Of a stretch of DNA of 64,000 nt, positions 26,316 through 34,136 are shown piece after piece (within the stretch, counting starts at the first letter, position 1; every line of letters starts with the position of its first letter). The notes beneath the pieces were generated by a model, which worked only from the letters and a program-made list of their open reading frames with translations, was not told where the DNA came from and did not search any database. Where the stretch lies: contig CALHRZ010000019.1 of the NCBI GenBank assembly GCA_938038445.1, positions 40,649 through 104,648 on the forward strand, written 5' to 3'. The stretch is from an uncultured bacterium. GTDB lineage: Bacteria > Verrucomicrobiota > Kiritimatiellia > CAIKKV01. The position numbers were made by a program, and so were the translations under genes.

Positions 26316-28787
26316 ATGAAAGGGAGGATTGCGGTGAAACGGCATTTGCGCTGGATGGGAAAGCTGGGAATGGCAGCGGGAATCGTGAACGGTGCGGTTT
26401 CGGGGTCTGGGGAGATCCTTCTCGTTCAAGACGGTGACCCCCGGGCGACCATTTACCTTTCCGGACCTGTGGCGGAGTCCGTTCCCCCTGCTGCCTCTCG
26501 TTTGGCGCCGACGGCACCTCAGATACGAGCGGAGATTGTGGAAGAGCTCAATTATCACCTCGAAAAAATGAGCGGGGTTCGTCTGCCGGTCCGCTTGACT
26601 GAGGATCCTGCGGATATTAAACCGCCGGCGATCGTTATGGGGGACCTTGCCGTTCGGATGGGTGCCGAACCGCGTCGGCGCGTCGAATCCAAGGAGGGCT
26701 TTCGGATTTTGGCGAAAGAGGGGATTGTCCGAATTGGGGGGGAGAGCGAAGAGGCGGTTCTTTTCGGCGTGTATGAAGTGTTGGAACAGCTTGGCTGTGA
26801 ATGGATCATGCCGGGAGAGATCGGAATTGTAACTCCCGTAAAACGAACGGTATCGGTCGTGGAGCAAGATCGGTCATCAGCGCCTGATTTTCTTTTTCGG
26901 CGGCTCTGGTACCGGGGGTATCCACCTCCACGACTTCCGGAAGAAGGGGAACGGATGGCCCGTTGGCTTCGGCGGCAGCGGAGCGGACAGTGGACGAGTT
27001 TTGCGAATGCAGCGGCGGGGCATGTCTGGGACGCCTTCATCCGTCGGCACCGGGCGGAATTCGAGGCTGATCCGACGATGTTGGCCCTTCGTCGTGGGCC
27101 GGATGGGATTCTGAAACGGATGGGGCCGCAATTGGAGACGACCCATCCCCGGGTCATCGAACTGTTTGCGGAGGAGATCCGGGAAACCTATCGAAAAAAG
27201 ATTGCGGCGGGAGAGTGGACGGCCGAGACACCGGCCGCGTTTCCGGTCGGTCCTGCGGATGGATTGGGGTATTCGATGTCGGCGGAAGCGTTGGCGGCCG
27301 GGTCAGGCTTGATGGACCCGATTGTAGGAGAACCCGATCGTACCGACGAGTTGATTCTTTTTTGCAATCGGATTCTCGAGAAGGTGCATCCGGACTATCC
27401 GAATGCGCATGTCGGGTTTTATTCCTATTCGACCCATGCGGGTTATCCGGTTCGGTATCGGCCGAATCCGAAGATAATTCAGATTTTTGCCCCGATCAAT
27501 TTTTCGCGGTTTCACAGTGTATTGGATCCCTTTTCCAAGAGTCAGGCGTGGTATCGGCGGGTGGTGGAACAATGGGGTGTGCTTTCCCGCGAACAGGGGA
27601 ACATTCTCATTTATCGAGGGTACAATTGGAATCTGGCCGAGAATATGCTGCCGTACAGCAAGATTCGGATTTGGGGAGAGGAATTGCCGTTCTACAAACG
27701 GCAAGGAATTATTGGGCTGAATATCGAGGCGACCAAAGCGTGGTCGGTGAACGGCGTTTCGGATTTTATTTTCATGAAATTGGCCTGGGATACTAGTAAA
27801 GATTGGCGGAAGGTTTTGCGGTATTATTGTGAGAAAGCGTTTGGCGGTGGGGCAGATGCGATGGAGTCTTATTATTTACGTTTGACCGACACGCAGCATG
27901 CGGCGGGGCAGGAAGCGGGTTCCTACCATGGCTATCCACTTCTCTACGATCGCGAATGGGTATCGCGGGCTTTGGAACTGATGGCCAGGGCGTTGCAGCA
28001 GGCGCAAGGGGAAGAGGAACGGACGCGCATTCGCTTTGTGAAGGGTAACGTGGAGACGCTGCAGTTGTTTTTGGAATATGAAGAAGCCGTTCGCCGACTG
28101 GATTTTCCTGCCGCCAAGGCGGCTTATGATGCCATGCATTCCCACTGGAGAACGCAATATGAGCGCAACACCGATTTAGTGTCCAACGAGGTGCCGCAGT
28201 ATTTGAAACGGTTCAAGGAGGCGTTTGTCCTGGAGGGGTTGCGGTACACGTCGGATCCGTATCGCCTGGCGGTGGCGATTCCCGATGAGCTTCCCACCTT
28301 CTTTGATCCCTATGAAGCGGGGGAATTTCTAAATCTTGCGGCTCCGACCATTCCGGAACGGCGATGGATCCGAACGCGAACTTATTCTTCCACATGGGAT
28401 GCGCAGGGGTTGGGGGGGCTTCGAAACGGCGCGGTGTGGTATCGCTTCCGTTTTCAGCGGCCGGTGGTGGGAGTTGGGGAAGGATTGGGACTTTTTATAG
28501 GAGGCGTGGAGGATGAGGCGAGGGTATGGCTTAACGGAAAAGAAATCGGCAGTTCGGGGCGAGGCTTCAGTCGGCCGTTTGTTTTTGATCTGACCGACGG
28601 GTTGGAGGAAGGGGAGAATCTCCTGGCGATCCAGGTCGTGCGGAACAGCAAAGCCAATGAGATCGGCCTGGGAGGAATAATTCGTCCGTCGTTTCTTTTT
28701 GCCGGGCCGCGATTGTTGCAGAAAGCGCCTCAGAGGGTGCGGGAGGAGCGGATTTTGTTTGGCGGGGAGACGGCGGGGGAGCCTTAG
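26316..28787 (+). CDS. secreted DUF4838-like glycoside-hydrolase-related protein with a C-terminal GH2-type sugar-binding jelly roll
   Basis: The N-terminal part (GFRILAKEGIVRIGGESEEAVLFGVYEVLEQLGCEWIMPG) resembles DUF4838/GH20-like proteins. The C-terminus WYRFRFQ...LFIGGVEDEARVWLNGKEIG...FVFDLTDGLEEGENLLAIQV matches the GH2 sugar-binding domain pattern. Confidence 0.7.
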   Translation: MKGRIAVKRHLRWMGKLGMAAGIVNGAVSGSGEILLVQDGDPRATIYLSGPVAESVPPAASRLAPTAPQIRAEIVEELNYHLEKMSGVRLPVRLTEDPADIKPPAIVMGDLAVRMGAEPRRRVESKEGFRILAKEGIVRIGGESEEAVLFGVYEVLEQLGCEWIMPGEIGIVTPVKRTVSVVEQDRSSAPDFLFRRLWYRGYPPPRLPEEGERMARWLRRQRSGQWTSFANAAAGHVWDAFIRRHRAEFEADPTMLALRRGPDGILKRMGPQLETTHPRVIELFAEEIRETYRKKIAAGEWTAETPAAFPVGPADGLGYSMSAEALAAGSGLMDPIVGEPDRTDELILFCNRILEKVHPDYPNAHVGFYSYSTHAGYPVRYRPNPKIIQIFAPINFSRFHSVLDPFSKSQAWYRRVVEQWGVLSREQGNILIYRGYNWNLAENMLPYSKIRIWGEELPFYKRQGIIGLNIEATKAWSVNGVSDFIFMKLAWDTSKDWRKVLRYYCEKAFGGGADAMESYYLRLTDTQHAAGQEAGSYHGYPLLYDREWVSRALELMARALQQAQGEEERTRIRFVKGNVETLQLFLEYEEAVRRLDFPAAKAAYDAMHSHWRTQYERNTDLVSNEVPQYLKRFKEAFVLEGLRYTSDPYRLAVAIPDELPTFFDPYEAGEFLNLAAPTIPERRWIRTRTYSSTWDAQGLGGLRNGAVWYRFRFQRPVVGVGEGLGLFIGGVEDEARVWLNGKEIGSSGRGFSRPFVFDLTDGLEEGENLLAIQVVRNSKANEIGLGGIIRPSFLFAGPRLLQKAPQRVREERILFGGETAGEP

Positions 28788-29713
28788 AAGCGGCGGGGTT
28801 CATCGGTTTGGGATTCGGGGGCAATCGGCGGAGGAAACGGGCCGGCGAGGGGTGCGAGCCATTCCAAATCGGAGGGGCGGCGGTACTGATAGCAGAGAAG
28901 GGCGAGTTGGTTATGGGCGGCGTCGTGCTGGTACCGGACATGATAGTGGAGGCAGCCGCGTAGGATTTCGGAGTAATGGTAGCGGCCGAAGAATGAGCGA
29001 CGACGCGCGATGATGCGGTCATTTTCCTCTATGAAAAGCGGGCCGGGCAGACGCGGATCGGCGGCCAACGCCGCGAGTGCCCAATGGCGAGGGGTTTGAA
29101 ATCGTTTGAGGGCCATATCGGCGAGGGAGACGAACGAAAGACAAAGTCTTCGGCGGGAACGCGTGAAGGTGAATTGTTTGAGGCCGGCATGGAATGCGGC
29201 GTGCTCGAGTTCGAAAAAGGGAGGGGAGAGGAAATGGAGGTCGTAGCAACGCCACGGGCGGGGATGATGGAGGGGATGGAAAATGAAGCCGGCCATGAAG
29301 CGGAGCAAACGGCTTTTCATTTCACCGAGCGAACCCTGGCCGCGATGGAATTCGAAAACGCCGAAGAGGTCCCGTTGTGGGGAAAGATAGAACGTGAGAC
29401 CCATCGTCGAATCGTCCGCCATTTCATAAACTGCCGCGGACCAACCCGGGGGCAGATGGGTCAAGGATTCGCTTTTACGGGCGGACTTTCGAAGGGATGC
29501 GGAGCTGTTTTCGAAACGCCGGTGGATTTCTGCGAACTCCGGTCCTCCTCGGGGGGGGGTCGTCCATTCGCCGATCAACCGGACGGTGGCATCGTCTTCG
29601 AGACGGATGCGGACCACTCCCATCCGTTTTTCATGGAAGGCGAGTTCCCAATCGGCCGGGACGTCAAAGGAAACTCCTTCCCAGGCGAAGCGACGTTCAA
29701 GGGGGGGGGTCAC
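28784..29713 (-). CDS. hypothetical soluble protein (309 aa), last gene of the ABC/PqqD operon
   Basis: The GTG at 29713 overlaps the upstream ATPase stop (GTGA). No TM segments and no motif I recognise. Its stop overlaps the stop of the convergent 26316..28787 gene by 3 nt. Confidence 0.6.
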   Translation of the reverse strand: MTPPLERRFAWEGVSFDVPADWELAFHEKRMGVVRIRLEDDATVRLIGEWTTPPRGGPEFAEIHRRFENSSASLRKSARKSESLTHLPPGWSAAVYEMADDSTMGLTFYLSPQRDLFGVFEFHRGQGSLGEMKSRLLRFMAGFIFHPLHHPRPWRCYDLHFLSPPFFELEHAAFHAGLKQFTFTRSRRRLCLSFVSLADMALKRFQTPRHWALAALAADPRLPGPLFIEENDRIIARRRSFFGRYHYSEILRGCLHYHVRYQHDAAHNQLALLCYQYRRPSDLEWLAPLAGPFPPPIAPESQTDEPRRF

Positions 29714-30453
29714 GCGAGGGTTTTGCCGTCGATGGTACCGATTTCGATCTTGATTTCGCCCTTGCGGGCGGAGCGTTCGAGCTGTCCATCCTTGATCCAA
29801 AAGACCACATCGGAGGCGGAGAGCATTTTCATATCGTGGGTTGCGGTGATGATCGTGATTCCGAGCGTCGCCTTCATTTCGCCGATGAGGTTGATGATTT
29901 CTTCGCCGGTATGGAGGTCGAGGTTACCGGTGGGTTCGTCGGCCAAAATGATGGAGGGCTTGTTGACGATGGCGCGGGCGATGGCGATGCGTTGTTGTTG
30001 GCCGCCGGAGACCTGGGAGGGGAGGTGATGGAGTCGGTGGCCGAGTCCGACGCGTTCCAGGGTTTCGGCGGCGTCGCGGCGGGCTTGAGCCGGAGGGACG
30101 CCGGCGAAAATGCGCGCGATCGCGACGTTTTCCAAAGCCGTCATGGTGGGGATGAGGTTGAAGGACTGAAAGACGAAGCCGATGCGGTGGCAGCGGACCC
30201 AGGCGAGCTGGGAGGGGGAGAGTTCGGAGAGGCGGAAACCGTCAATGAGAACCGAACCGGAGGTGGGCGTATCGAGTCCACCGATCATGTTGAAGAGGGT
30301 GGATTTTCCTGAGCCGGAGGGTCCCATGATGGAGACATACTCGCCTCGCGTGACGTTGAGGGAGATTTCGCGGAGGGCATGGACTTCCTCTTCGCCGCGG
30401 CGGTAGATCTTGCTGACGTTGCGGACTTGGACGATGAAGTCGTTTTCTTTCAT
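29710..30453 (-). CDS. ABC transporter ATP-binding protein, MacB/LolD/FtsE type (copy 2)
   Basis: Walker A GPSGSGKSTLFNMIGG, signature VSGGQQQRIAIARA, Walker B IILADEPTGNLD. The ATG at 30453 overlaps the upstream permease stop (ATGA). The listed ORF to 30741 is an artefactual extension. Confidence 0.93.
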   Translation of the reverse strand: MKENDFIVQVRNVSKIYRRGEEEVHALREISLNVTRGEYVSIMGPSGSGKSTLFNMIGGLDTPTSGSVLIDGFRLSELSPSQLAWVRCHRIGFVFQSFNLIPTMTALENVAIARIFAGVPPAQARRDAAETLERVGLGHRLHHLPSQVSGGQQQRIAIARAIVNKPSIILADEPTGNLDLHTGEEIINLIGEMKATLGITIITATHDMKMLSASDVVFWIKDGQLERSARKGEIKIEIGTIDGKTLA

Positions 30454-31127
30454 TCTTCCACCCTCATGGCTTCGACGGGCTCTTTGCGGGCGGCCCAATA
30501 GGCGGGCGCGATGGAGGCGACGATGGAGAGGAGGATACCGATGAGGGCGGCGATGCCCAAAGCGCTCAGGGCATCGCCCCACGGGAAATGGGCCAGGGGG
30601 TAACGGCCATAATGGATCGTGGCGATCAGGATGGCCACGACGAGGCCGATGATCATGCCGAGGAGGGTTCCGAGGAAGCCTTGGAGGGAGGATTCGATGA
30701 AGTAGGATTTGACGATGAACGAATCGAGGGCTCCGAGGCATTTGAGGGTTCCGATTTCTCGGATGCGTTCCGTGACGGACATGAGCATGGCGTTGATGAT
30801 TCCGACGAGGCAGGTGATGAGGGAGAGGACAATGAGGAGAATGGTCATACTGTCCACTCGGGACGCGCTGAAGATATCCACACCGGCCTTCTGGAGGAGG
30901 AGGTTAAGGTCGTCGAGGTTGAGGGCCACGAGGGCATCGGTGACGGACTCGGTGATCAACATATAGGTGAGCAGGGCGATGGCGAGCACAACACCGAGCA
31001 TGGTGATGGCGGAGCGGAAGATCCGTCGGCGGACGCCGGCCCAGGAAACCTGGAAGGCGACGCTCCAGGGAATGGGGTACTGGTCGGGGATTTCCCGGCT
31101 GGAGGGGGAGAGGGAGGGCTCATCCAC
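30450..31127 (-). CDS. minimal FtsX-family permease (4 TM, about 40-aa periplasmic loop)
   Basis: FtsX signature region MLMSVTERIREIGTLKCLGA. TM1 (ITMLGVVLAIALLTYMLI) is followed by only about 40 residues before TM2. GTG start with AGGAGA 7 nt upstream. Confidence 0.85.
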   Translation of the reverse strand: MDEPSLSPSSREIPDQYPIPWSVAFQVSWAGVRRRIFRSAITMLGVVLAIALLTYMLITESVTDALVALNLDDLNLLLQKAGVDIFSASRVDSMTILLIVLSLITCLVGIINAMLMSVTERIREIGTLKCLGALDSFIVKSYFIESSLQGFLGTLLGMIIGLVVAILIATIHYGRYPLAHFPWGDALSALGIAALIGILLSIVASIAPAYWAARKEPVEAMRVEE

Positions 31128-31139
31128 GGCGAAGTCTCC

Positions 31140-34112
31140 TCAATTGCGGTTGAGGTCGATTTGAATGGGGGTATCGAGTGCGAGGGAGAGGATCATGGCG
31201 AGAGCGACCATGATCAGTTCGCCGGCGATGAGGCCGATGAAGAGACCACGGGCGCGGTAATAGGTGGCTTTTCCGCCGTAACGGGTGACAAGGGATTTGG
31301 CCAACCATCCGAGGAGGATGGAAAACCAGTAATAGCGCATGATGGGGTTGACGAGCATGATCAGGCCGATGGGGTGGGGGAGCCAGAAGAGGCTTTGGCG
31401 AAGGTAGAGGAGAAGGGCCATGGCGATGCCGCCGGCAATCACCCAGCTGGCTTCGGCGGAGGTGGGCAAGGGGGGCGTTTTCGTCATGGAGGCGATTTTA
31501 TCGAAGAGAGACTTCGGGAAGCTTGTATAGAACCAGCCGGACATGTTATCAGCGCCCTTGGAGTAGGAGAGCATCAGAGCGGTGGCGATGGAGATGACGG
31601 CAGCCAGCAAGATGGCGAGGATCATGGCGCCATGGAAGCGGAGGCGAGAAAGTCGGAGATCGTCTCGCAGCTTGAGGCTGTTGGCCATGGCGGGTGCGAT
31701 GAAGGTTTTGATATCGAGGAACAGGATGGAATAATAGACCATCAGAGGCGCGAGAAGAGAGGGCGCGGTGGCGGGACGGTGCATACCGAGGAAGGAGCGA
31801 ATGAAGTGGAAGGGGCTGGTCCAGGCCTGGAAGCCGAGGATTCCGCCTTCGGTGACGGCGCGGACGAGTCCGATCGTGATCACGAGGATGACGAAGAGGG
31901 CGAAGAGGGAATGCCAGAATCCGGCCCCCATGCTGCGCCAGAGCAGAAGGACGAGCCCCGCGAAGGAGGCGAGGAAGATGATGGAGGCGAGGCGAAGTTC
32001 CTGGCGCTCGTCAGGGTCCAGTCCTTTTGTGACGGAGGGACGGATGGCGCAGAACAGGTAGCGGCGGCATTTCCAGAGAACGACCGACGCAAAGACCATG
32101 AGGGCTCCGGCTCCTTCGGCTGTTCGGAAGCTGAAGGTGTACCACCATTCTTCGGGAAACGACTGTTCGTTGACACCGTGGCCGAGTCCGACGAGGATCA
32201 TCAGTTGAACCATATAGAGAACGGAGAAGAACCAGAGCGAGAATGAGACCTTGGCGGGGATGAGGAAGGTCAGGCCGATCATGGTGAAAAAGATTGCGGA
32301 TTTCGCGCTGGGCAGAAGAGCCTGGAAGGGGGTGTTGTCGATATAATCCTTCCATACGTTATGGAGGTCGAAGGGCTGAATATTTTGGACCCAACCGGTT
32401 TTGCAAAGGATATTCCATCCGAGCACGAGGGCGGGCACGGCGAACCCGACCCAAAAGAGGCCATTCCGAAAGAGTTCGGGAACGCGGCCGGGTTTCGCGT
32501 CTTGAGCGCCGGCGAGGAGTTCGGGCAGTTCGGTGAGTGGGTAAATGAGCTTTTCGTTGTAGGCCCATTGGCGGAAAATGAGGACATTGAACGCGAGGAG
32601 CATTGCGTAGGTGAGGGCCACGAGCACCATCCAACGGGTCAACGGCAACAGCCAGTCGGACCAGGGGACATCGCCCCAGAGGTAACGGGTGAAGGTGGCA
32701 TCAATGGCCGGAAGCAATGCGCGGGAATTTCGGAGAGCGGAAAAGGTATCCTCGGGCGTTTCGGTCGGGAGACGGTTTTGGATTTCCTCGAGGGTGTTAC
32801 GAAGGGTGTGGATGGTTTGGGCGATTTCGAGGTTGCGGAGAGCGAGTTCACGGAGTCCTGAACGTTGTTCGGTTTCTTTTTTCAGCTGACTGACTTTTTT
32901 GCCCAAAGCGAGCACCTGGGCGTCCAAGCGGCGGATTTCGTCTCCGACGGCGGAGCGCCGGGCATCGCTCAGACGGCTTAACTCCGTTTCAAGATCGGCC
33001 CGTTGGCGGGACAGGGAAACGAGTTCGGCGGAGAGTTCGTCGCGGCGCCGTTCGAACGGGGTGGAATCCGAGACGGCATAAAGGGCGAGGGAGGCCTTTG
33101 AGAGCGCGTCGGCAACGGTTCTCTGCCGCTCGGTTGAAAGCCGGGGGCGATCGCGTTCCTGCTTTACGATTTCCATGGCACGGTGGATTTCCGCGAGCAC
33201 CCGGCGACCGGCGAGGAGACGACGGAGCCGTGCCATATAGCCGACGAAATCATCTTCGCCACGGATGGGGATGAAACCTGGGAATGCACGGAGAGGGGGG
33301 GGGAGGCCGCGTCGGAAGACATCCACCTTATCAAAGGCGTGTTGTTCGAGGCGGGCGAGCTCGGCTTTTCGGGTTTCTGCTTCCCGTCGTTTGGCCTCGA
33401 GTTGTTCGGCAAGGAAGGGGAGCGCCTGTTCTGGGGTGGGGGGGAGATCTGGGGGGCGAACCAGCGCATGCCAGTTCTGGAGAGCGCGGCGAACAGTTTC
33501 ATCGGCCTGTGCGAGGTCGGAGCGAAGGGCGGCGAGTTCCAAGTCTCGTTGTGGGGAGGGGGGATCGGTTTCCAATTTCGCGAGGCGGTTTTTGCGGGTC
33601 TGAAGCGTGGCGAGAGCTTGAACGGTTTGGGCGGCCGTGTCGTGGAGTGTTTGCCATTGTTGGGATTCGTCGCGGGCTACGCGGTAGGCGGCGGCGGCCT
33701 TTTGGATACCGGGTACTGCGACAAAATACGCGTCGTTGAGGAAGGGTTCGACGTAACGGTTCCATTCCGTTTGGTCGTTATTCCAGTGCCGGTTGAAGAG
33801 ACTGCCCATGACGGGGATGAGTTGGTCGGTGAGGCCGAAGGTTGAGACGCCAGCCGAGACGAGTCCCATGGTGAAGATGACGAGGGTTTCTGCGACGGTG
33901 AAGGGACGGAGGACCCGAAGGAGACGTGCGGCCGGGTTGAGGAGAAGAACGGTGATGAGGAGGAGGACGTAAGGGAGTACGGGGATCTGAACGGAGCTGA
34001 TATAGATGTTGTGGCGGTTCCCGAAGTAAACGGTCAGGATGGCAAAAAGGACGGTGAAGAGGGCACCGAGGAAGACGGCCCGGAAAGTGATCCGATTGGT
34101 TTGTTCGTTCAT
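31140..34112 (-). CDS. 990-aa polytopic membrane protein with a roughly 370-aa coiled-coil insertion after TM3
   Basis: About 14 hydrophobic segments. Residues about 125-500 are Arg/Glu/Leu/Ala/Gln-rich and helical (e.g. LETELSRLSDARRSAVGDEIRRLDAQVLALGKKVSQLKKE). The N- and C-terminal motifs are shared with the next gene. Confidence 0.8.
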   Translation of the reverse strand: MNEQTNRITFRAVFLGALFTVLFAILTVYFGNRHNIYISSVQIPVLPYVLLLITVLLLNPAARLLRVLRPFTVAETLVIFTMGLVSAGVSTFGLTDQLIPVMGSLFNRHWNNDQTEWNRYVEPFLNDAYFVAVPGIQKAAAAYRVARDESQQWQTLHDTAAQTVQALATLQTRKNRLAKLETDPPSPQRDLELAALRSDLAQADETVRRALQNWHALVRPPDLPPTPEQALPFLAEQLEAKRREAETRKAELARLEQHAFDKVDVFRRGLPPPLRAFPGFIPIRGEDDFVGYMARLRRLLAGRRVLAEIHRAMEIVKQERDRPRLSTERQRTVADALSKASLALYAVSDSTPFERRRDELSAELVSLSRQRADLETELSRLSDARRSAVGDEIRRLDAQVLALGKKVSQLKKETEQRSGLRELALRNLEIAQTIHTLRNTLEEIQNRLPTETPEDTFSALRNSRALLPAIDATFTRYLWGDVPWSDWLLPLTRWMVLVALTYAMLLAFNVLIFRQWAYNEKLIYPLTELPELLAGAQDAKPGRVPELFRNGLFWVGFAVPALVLGWNILCKTGWVQNIQPFDLHNVWKDYIDNTPFQALLPSAKSAIFFTMIGLTFLIPAKVSFSLWFFSVLYMVQLMILVGLGHGVNEQSFPEEWWYTFSFRTAEGAGALMVFASVVLWKCRRYLFCAIRPSVTKGLDPDERQELRLASIIFLASFAGLVLLLWRSMGAGFWHSLFALFVILVITIGLVRAVTEGGILGFQAWTSPFHFIRSFLGMHRPATAPSLLAPLMVYYSILFLDIKTFIAPAMANSLKLRDDLRLSRLRFHGAMILAILLAAVISIATALMLSYSKGADNMSGWFYTSFPKSLFDKIASMTKTPPLPTSAEASWVIAGGIAMALLLYLRQSLFWLPHPIGLIMLVNPIMRYYWFSILLGWLAKSLVTRYGGKATYYRARGLFIGLIAGELIMVALAMILSLALDTPIQIDLNRN

Positions 34113-34136
34113 GGAAGGTCCAGGGGTTGCATCGGG

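Noticed and set aside
30588-32246. 552-aa plus-strand ORF, with similar ones at 34011..35144 and 38008..38994; also the 521-aa same-strand alternate-frame ORF 34381..35946
   Set aside because: All are shadows of the membrane-protein genes of the ABC operon. They show low-complexity Gly/Glu/Asp or Arg/Pro/His composition with no hydrophobic periodicity. The chosen frames give coherent TM topology and Walker/FtsX motifs.
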